Positions 56,559-64,000 of a stretch of DNA of 64,000 nucleotides are shown piece after piece. The translations under genes and the position numbers were made by a program. Below the pieces are notes generated by a model. It made no database searches, had not been told where the DNA came from, and worked only from the letters and a program-made list of their open reading frames with translations. Each line of letters opens with the position of its first letter. Position 1 is the stretch's first letter. The DNA is from Eledone cirrhosa (Eukaryota), in contig OZ024754.1 in assembly GCA_964016885.1 (NCBI GenBank), forward strand, positions 15,438,001 through 15,502,000, given 5' to 3'.

Positions 56559-57120
56559 TACGAGGTCAAAGTAAGTCGATTTTTTATTTGTAGTTGCAGT
56601 CTGACTGGACTGGAAACCATCTACCACAATTCACTTACTCATTTGTTGTATATATTTTACCGTTTACTAATGAATATACCCTCTTACGAGGTCATGAAAA
56701 CCCTCTTGCGTGGTCACAAAGCGGAGGGGACATCAAGTTAGATATCAACATTTATTCTGTCCGTTTCATTAAAGGGAAAATTGGAAAGCTTTGAAATAAT
56801 ACAATTGCCACTTTCTTCCAGATAAGAGCACTCTTTGGATAGACAGAATTGCTCTTGTATAAATGTTCAAAATAGCTGCTATCGCCTGGTGGGAATATAA
56901 CAAATTCAACTGGTCCTAATTCATAAAAAAGAACATTTATGTTCCTTTTTTTGAAATCTATATACTTCCTTTCAAGGAATGTATTTATACTTTCAACTGC
57001 CTGCAATGGTATCGTATTTTACTTAGTTTATAAATGTGTGCATTCATTACCTATCTTACTAGAAAATTGTTATTCTATAATTTCTTTAAGTTAACTCTAC
57101 TGGGATGAAAGAATGGTATT

Positions 57121-58343
57121 TAACTAATGTAATGGTATGCGATGGGGCCCATCCACAGCCCCGGCGGACAGAATGGAGAAGGCGTTTCCCCGGAGGACGG
57201 CAAGGGAGACGCGCTGGAAAAGCCACTCCAACTCGCGGGGCTCACACCTACGGCTAGCCAGCTCAGCGCATATGGTGGTGAGTAAGGAGGTAGCTCTGGG
57301 GCCGGGGACACCAGAAGTTTCCACTGCCAGGGGAACGACCGCAAACCTGTCGGAGAGCGACCGATATTTGAGGAGTTTGGCCCCCTCAGCCCGACGTGCA
57401 GCAGATCCTGGGTCAGTCGAAGACTGCACCAGGTTGCGGCTGCAGAAAGTGTCGGTGCAAGTGGCATCCCAGACGAGGGGTTTGCCACCGCGGAACGAGA
57501 AGATGGTCATGCCATCTGGCCTTTTGTCGTCCCCTCGATCCAGCCCCACCGGCTCGAGCTGGGAAGGGAAGCCTGCAGCGTCCAAGCGATGCTTAATGAC
57601 CTCGTTGAGGGCAGTATGGCGTGGAATGCGGCCGGCACTGTGACGACAGGAAAGCGGGTGGAGGCCGAAAGAGTCCACAGTGGAACCGCAACGACATTGG
57701 TGTGGCTGGCAGATCCGGAGGCCGAGCCTCAGGGAAACGCCGATTCGCAGGCTATGGTTGTCTAGCTGCGTGCCAGTAGAGAAGGGGGGCAGAGCATGGA
57801 GCCAGGCACTACTGTGGGTTTTGGAGGCCGTACGAAAACAAGCAAGGCGGTGCTGGTCGAGCTGGCGAGTGAGCTTGTCTGAGGCCAAGCTGCACTGGAT
57901 GGCATCTCAAGTGCGTTGGGGGTACTTGACGTCAACAGGGGGAAAAGGAGGAGGGACGTCTACTGGGCCAAGTCCTAGCCGGTCCCACGTCTCACAGGCG
58001 GCCTCACGTTCTCTGAACACAGAGGGTTCTGCTGTGTTTTGAAGAACCCTGCTGACGAGGACGCGGCACGAGGTTACCGAGGAAAGATACGCCGGCAAAG
58101 CTAGTGAGATCGGGGATCGGAGGCCTAGGCCGCCATACCTGACCGGTAAAGTGGCCGGTTGCCATCCTATGGCGTCAAACTTGACGTTGCATATCCCTTC
58201 GGTTGCTGCTCGGATACAAGTATCGAGGTCAGAGAGGAGAGATGTCTGGGTGTAGCATGGAGCGCTGCGGAGTGTATAGAGGAGCTTCGGCATGGCGAAG
58301 CAGTTCCTCAGCAGAAAGCGAGCTGGCTGGGGGACATGAGCAT
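57121..58343 (-). mobile_element. 5'-truncated CRE-like non-LTR retrotransposon (CCHC + restriction-like endonuclease)
   Basis: LLRNCFAMPKLLYTLRSAP..LPVRYGGLGL (57907..58293); AWL.ALP, CRCG..HPLSC, RH..LN, KRPDG..WDATC..E.AK..KY..AVETSG..QRVSLAVLRGN (57124..57888); GC-rich against the flanks. Confidence 0.88.
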
Positions 58344-58554
58344 TGAATAAACTTTCCTCAAAATGGCTTCCACTTTAATATGAAAAATTAGCAGCGCTTG
58401 AAATAGTGTTCTAACTCTTCTGTAATGGGAGAGTATTATCTTTACCAGAATTTCTTACAGAAGAAATGTTTTGTTTCGATGATTCTATTTCATTCCTATC
58501 GTATATTATTGCCCCAAGGTCTTCGTTCATCTGTATATTAATATTCATGCATCT

Positions 58555-58604
<50 letters not shown>

Positions 58605-58610
<6 letters not shown>

Positions 58611-58929
58611 CGTTTCTGAATTTGTTTAGCAAGATTCTTTATCTGAAATCGTGTGTTGAAACCGATATTGTTATACTTTGGGAGGGTCATGTTGCCAATA
58701 AGAAACACACGCACCAGTTGCTTTCACTTCAATTTATTATAATAAATTTATAAATTTAGGAATTTATAAATTTATAAATTTCTGGTTGGTTGGTTGGTTC
58801 AACAACCAGATAGTTGTTTATATATTGTCAAAGTTCTTTCGTCACACATTCTGTGACCTCTTCAGTGACTGGGGATTCTTTTCTTTGTTTTTGTGCCTCT
58901 CCTTTGTTCTGTCCTACGCCATTTTGTTC
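58605..58929. repeat. Second copy of the (TA)n-associated element at 1653-2015
   Basis: Near-identical sequence starting directly after (TA)n. Confidence 0.8.
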
Positions 58930-58949
58930 AAAATGGCGTAGGACACATG

Positions 58950-59325
58950 CTCATAATATCGCAGTTGTTATCTCTCAATTCAGAGAAGTAGCAGCTCTAC
59001 CAGGAGTGACTCTCTGGTCTCTTAGTTATGCACTTTATCGAGTAATCCCATTTCTGCCACTTTTATTTGCAATTGTATTCTTTTGGTCATTACTCAAGAT
59101 TCATGATCCTCGGTAAGAGTTGGCAGGAATACCAGGAAAACTGCGAGTTTGGCTTTTACACTTACCCCCTTCTTCTGATTGCTGAATGCTGAGTGGGCGC
59201 ATTACTGCATCAGCTTTTGCAATTCTTGCAATTAATTCAGCCTCCTGCATTCCATCACTCATGAACACGGCTCCAAGATACTTGAACTTCTCCAGCTGCT
59301 TCAGTAGAACTCCATTCACATGTAT
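58950..59325 (-). mobile_element. RTE-type LINE fragment
   Basis: VNGVLLKQLEKFKYLGAVFMSDG..ELIARIAKA (59101..59424), then KAKLAVF..PTL..HES..VAEMGLL. Confidence 0.75.
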
Positions 59326-59519
59326 ATAAATATGTGCGACTTCTGTCCATCCGTCCATCACGCAATGTGTATGTGTGTTTGTGTGAATGTATGTCTGTGT
59401 AAAAGGAAGGAAGGGGATACACACATATATATGTCTAATTTAAAAACAGTGACACACACACGCGTGTCTCTAATTTAAGAACGCCGACAAACTCACGTGC
59501 GCACACATACACACACTGT

Positions 59520-59950
59520 CCTATTACCACTCAAGAGCTTTGGCGCGAGCAAACATCCCCTCAATTTTGGAACCGTCTGGGTTTTCCTGAATTGATGGGA
59601 AAAGACTTGACGGTCTTACCCTGTGCTCCTGGTCAAGAGGCAGGTGCCTTAGCTAGGACATCACAGTTAGTGACTCTTTTGCTTCTTCCCACATTCTGGA
59701 TGCAGCGGTAAGGGCGAGAGCTACAGCATCCGCAGCTGAACAGAACAAAATCCTAAAATACCGTGCTCTGTCAGCTAACTACAGCCTGTGGCGTTCAAGG
59801 GAGTCGGGCTACTGACAGCGTGGTTCTTATCTTCACTGGCGGCTTGCCAAACAGAGGTAACTGGTGATGCTCGTGAGGGCACTTGGTTGTTCCAGCACCT
59901 CAGCCTCGCCATCACCCCAGGTAACGCTGCGAGCGTGCTGGCCTGCCTCA
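59520..59950 (+). mobile_element. Degenerate CRE-like RLE fragment
   Basis: LEPSG..DGKRLDGLTL..W.RGR.L.*DITVSDSF..AEQNKILKY..REGTWLFQHLSLAI..GNAASVL. Confidence 0.75.
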
Positions 59951-60875
59951 AAAATTATTAGAGAGGTTTCCCAGTGCTCCTCGCTATATTACTATCTTTT
60001 GCTCTGGTAGCGGCTCGTTTTTCCAATCTTTCACCTGTATATTGTTCTATGGCCTAAGATGTGTGTATTATCTGCTTGTGTATTTTTTCTCTTTCTTTTT
60101 TTTCCTTTCCCTTTTTTTTGAATATATTATATTTGTTCGTTCTGTAACCATTATAGTAAAACAGTTTTAAAAAAAAAGAGTTAATAAATAAATAAAACGT
60201 TATATCTCTTTTACCCTCCCATTGCCAATTTCACCGAACGCTGCTATCATAACTATGTGTGTGTTTGTGTAAATGTATGTGTAAATGTATGTATGTTTGT
60301 GTGAATGTATGTGTGTTTGTGTGAATTATGTTCGTGAGGGTGTATTTTTATAAGTTTGTGTTTGCGCGATTATAGTTATATACTCATATAGTTATATACT
60401 CATGCATATAGATGTATGTATGTGCACACTCATACGCGTCAGCGTGTAGAAAATCATAATCTCTCTATCTCTCTCATCACACACTCTCTCTATATATATA
60501 TGGTAGTTGAAGTTGTGGTGATGGCGACGATATACCGGAAGTGAAACTTTGAAAAGAAGTCAATTTTAAATTATTTATTTTTACGAAATTATTTATGTTT
60601 ACGAAATTTAGTACATAAATTATGTAATATTCATTCATTATTTATTCAAAGTAATCCAACTTATTTTACTAACTGGATTAAAAGAATAAACCGTACGCAG
60701 TCCCGCAGACCTTCCTTTATTATAGTTTAGATTACAATCGTTTCACCAATTATATATACTCTTTTACCTGTTTCAGCCATCCGGCTGAGGCCATGCTGGG
60801 GCACCATATATATATATATATATATATAGAATGGAAAACGATAAATCAGTGATGTATCGGAACTCAATTTATTGT

Positions 60876-60963
60876 GTATTACAATTGTTTCTCCGGCGAA
60901 CAGCTAGAGGTGCGATCCGTGTGTATATCGACCTGACTCTAGACTCGCAGGTTCCTCAGACAC
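60876..60963 (-). ncRNA. Type I hammerhead ribozyme with long stem II
   Basis: Minus strand: GTGT-CTGAGGA-a-CCtGCGA..CTAGAG...CTCTAG..TCGCcGG-a-GAAA-CAATTG-TA-ATAC; ~45 bp from (TA)n. Confidence 0.7.
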
Positions 60964-61417
60964 GTCTATTGATTTCGGAGCATATACATATCTATAGATA
61001 TATATACGTATCTATACATATACATATATTTATATCTATACATATATATATGTGTGTGTATATATATATACTTGTATGTATATGAGTGGGGGCGTATATG
61101 TATGTATATCGCTACATTAAACCTATTATACAAATACACAACCACAATACAACACCTAAAATCTACCCAAACAACACATTATAACAGACCTTGGCTAAAC
61201 CATATACAACAACATTCTGATACCAGATCGAACTGCCTGATACCAGATAGAACGCCATGCCATAATGTTTACACACATACATAATAACGCAAGCATATAG
61301 CTTCACAGAACAATAAACACATTCACAACACAAATAGTAACAAACATGAGTAAACATAACTTCTTCTATAAATTAACAAACAGCCCTTGCATATTTTTAG
61401 CGCGTAGACGCAGCATA

Positions 61418-62062
61418 CTCTCGGGTCCCAAGTAATAAGGAGTGAAATAAACGGGGGGGGGGGGGGGGCGTTAATTTTTCTAGGTTGTCTCCCTTGATTT
61501 TATTTTTAAAAATTCTCTTCCCCATAAACAGAATGGATATTTCAGGTTACTTTTGCTGCACTGTTTTCTTTTTTGAACTTAGAAAGCATTATGTGCCTTA
61601 AATGCTCCATCGTCACGTCCATCTTTGAGTGGTGATATTAGTAATTAATTCAGTGAGATTATTTTGTGTCAAAGGATTCCAAATGCACAGGAGTATCAAT
61701 CAATACCATTTGAATTTTAGAATACTGTAAAACATGATATAAATTACATATATAATATTTCGGACATTATTTATGGGATGACCTGACAGAATTAGCCGTT
61801 TAGTTTACATGTTGAGACCCCAGCCCATCCTATTTTATAATGTATGGGATTTCTAGTAATGTAGTTTTTTTGTCATGTATAATGTTTGTTAATGTATGAA
61901 GAAAATTAATTGTCCCAGGAACGCCACCATTTGAAATAAAATTTCGCCGGAGATAGATTAGCAAAATTTAATAAGCATGGGTATTGGAATAAGACCGGGG
62001 GTTGTTCAAAAAAATCTGAAAAATTTATAAGCGGTGAGGAAAGAAAATTCAAGGCCTGAGAA
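61418..62062. mobile_element. Possible TA-flanked non-autonomous DNA transposon
   Basis: TA-CTCTCGGGTCC at the left; GGCCTGAGAA-TA at the right (imperfect inverted match). Confidence 0.4.
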
Positions 62063-62383
62063 TATCCGAATAGCTAAGAAGTTCTCTTCCCGATCATTAG
62101 GTCCCGGGTTCGATTCCACTACCTGGCATTTGGGGCAAGTGTCATTTATCATAGCCTTGTGTCAACCTATTCCTTGTGTGAAATGTAGTATTTTGTAAGT
62201 ACATTGTTTTAAGTGCGTCGGATGGACGCTGCCGCCGAATCTCTGAGAATTACGTTAAGGATACACGTATCTATGGCATGCTATGAAACTGAAGGAGATC
62301 CATCGGGCCTGGCGCCTAACATATTCTTAATTTTATAGCAGGCTTTCACTGCATAAATTGGGGCCACTGTCTGTGTCTTGTAT

Positions 62384-62635
62384 ACGAGGGTCGGCTGGAA
62401 TGTTCATAGGCTGACCAAGATACTCTCATGGAAAAACCAAATGAGATTTATTTTTCAACATAGTTCCTGGAAAGAAACAATACAGTTAATAATAAGAAGA
62501 GTTTCAATTAATGTACACAAGATTTCACAGCCCTAGCATCAATCCGTCATAGGCTGACCAACATACTCTCATAGAATGACCAAATGAAGCTTATTTTTCA
62601 ACATAGTCCCTGGAAATAAACAATGTAGTTATTAA
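62384..62635 (+). mobile_element. Mariner-like terminal fragment with internal duplication
   Basis: TA-CGAGGGTCGGCTGGAATGTTCATAGGCTGACC..TTTATTTTTCAACATAGT; ~85 bp repeated at 62548-62635. Confidence 0.45.
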
Positions 62636-62639
62636 TAAT

Positions 62640-62976
62640 GGTTTCTCATATAGGCACAAGGCCAACAATTTTGGGGGAAGGGAAAGTCGATTAAATCGAC
62701 CCTAGTGCGTGACTAGTACTTTATTTTATCGACCCCATAAGGATGAAAGGCAAAGTTAACCTCGGCGGGACTTGAACTCAGATCATAAAGGACCGTCACT
62801 CTATGCTGCAAAGCATGGCGTCCGACCCTCTACCGATACTGCCAATTCACCGCCCTTTAATACAGTTATTAATAATTGTTTCTACATTTGGCACAAGGCC
62901 AGCAATTATCCCAGTGTATTACTGGTACTTTATTTTATCGACCCCGTAAGGATGAAAGGCAAAGTTAACCTCGGCA
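62640..62976 (-). mobile_element. Two adjacent SINE copies
   Basis: Reverse copies of the 18503-family. Confidence 0.8.
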
Positions 62977-63340
62977 GTTATTAGTAATAACAGTTGAAAT
63001 GAATGCAAGGAAGAATGCACAGCCCTAGCATCACTCCTTCATAGAGAACCTATGATCTTTTCAGTCCACCATCGTATGTGCAGTGTTTAGTTTTACTCCG
63101 TGTTGTGGTAGGGGCGGGGTATTTTAATACATATACTTTATATGCTGTGCCTTATGTTGCTATTTTATTTTAAGTATGTTTTGCTGATATATTAATCTTC
63201 ATCTCTTTCTACTATTTCCAATTTCTACTATTATGCAAATTGGTTTTGCTTTCAATCCACATCTTCCGGATATCTTTCTTGTTAAATTATTACTGTTTTT
63301 ATTAGTTTTATTCTCTTTAACATATTAGTGTGCACCTTTC

Positions 63341-63446
63341 ATGAATTATTTAGCTGCTATTTCTTGCAAACCATATAAATATAAAGAGTGTCAATAGACT
63401 CTACATGGTCACTTGGTTTACAAGAAATAGCAGCTAAATAATTCAT
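63341..63446. repeat. Short palindromic MITE-like element
   Basis: 33-bp arms ATGAATTATTTAGCTGCTATTTCTTGCAAACCA / TGGTTTACAAGAAATAGCAGCTAAATAATTCAT with one mismatch. Confidence 0.7.
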
Positions 63447-63469
63447 ATATATATTCATATATATATATA

Positions 63470-63782
63470 TCAAGAAAGAAGATTGACATGGTTTGCTATA
63501 CAATAAGGGCTTTATTCACATTGCTGATAATAGTTTCTTTGATCTGACAGGTCTAGAGTTCGCTATACGCCTGATTTTACGCCAATCGATCTCCAATACT
63601 TTGTTTATAACCAGTCTGTTTCATCGGAGCGGGTGAAAATGAAGAAAATATATAAGGCATGGTTTTTATATAAGTGTGGTATTAAACCAGCCACTAAGCC
63701 ACACGTTAATACTATCCACTACAAGAACTACTCCAACTGGACTACATCTAAGTGGACTGCCATAACGATAACCTGTTATCCC

Positions 63783-63785
<3 letters not shown>
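63470..63785 (-). mobile_element. PLE pLTR fragment related to 14410-14600, with CCGAUGA hammerhead at 63523-63630
   Basis: Reverse complement aligns by eye with 14410-14600 through to the terminal CTTCTTTC..GA-(TA)n; (TA)n on both sides. Confidence 0.75.
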
Positions 63786-63824
<39 letters not shown>

Positions 63825-64000
63825 ATAATAATAAATTTGAAGACTAAAATCCAAAGAGGGCTCGATAAGGATAAATATATATCAAATATATAAGAACCCT
63901 AGAGCAAATATTTATTAAAATAACAGATTAAATTTTAAGCAAAGAATCGGTGCTTTCACTCGTAAGGGTGAAAGCAGCGATTCTTTGCTTAAACTTTAAT

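Noticed and set aside
57137-58042. Plus-strand ORFs overlapping the CRE element
   Set aside because: Antisense shadows of a GC-rich coding strand.
60490-60731. Helitron 5' ends on both strands
   Set aside because: TC-start-like motifs only; no matching hairpin-CTAG end found.

Overview
AT-rich, repeat-saturated animal DNA with no convincing intact host gene. The SINE families resemble cephalopod (Octopus-type) SINEs; this is inference, with no search run. The window holds: (i) many 5'-truncated Penelope-like elements (PLEs) sitting in (TA)n tracts. Three have GIY-YIG domains preceded by a CxCx5C-type linker (Hydra-group-like), and many show fold-back (inverted pLTR) architecture. I could fold 14 minimal type I hammerhead ribozyme motifs from about 9 families by eye, most with non-canonical cores (10.1-11.1 mismatch, U4C, or U3-A8 covariation). 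(ii) A full-length, mildly decayed Ty3/gypsy element (27427-32441, TSD GTAAG) nested inside a PLE ORF. (iii) A near-complete Buster/Charlie hAT transposase flanked by four 22-30 nt GT-AG intron-like segments, plus two older hAT fragments. (iv) CRE-like RLE retrotransposon fragments, RTE LINE fragments, SINEs, MITEs and a probable non-autonomous Helitron. (v) A 4.9 kb 37-bp satellite with higher-order structure, a 75-bp telomere-motif minisatellite and very long (TA)n fields. The best candidates for new biology are the variant hammerhead repertoire and the tiny-intron hAT block, which may be dicyemid-derived.
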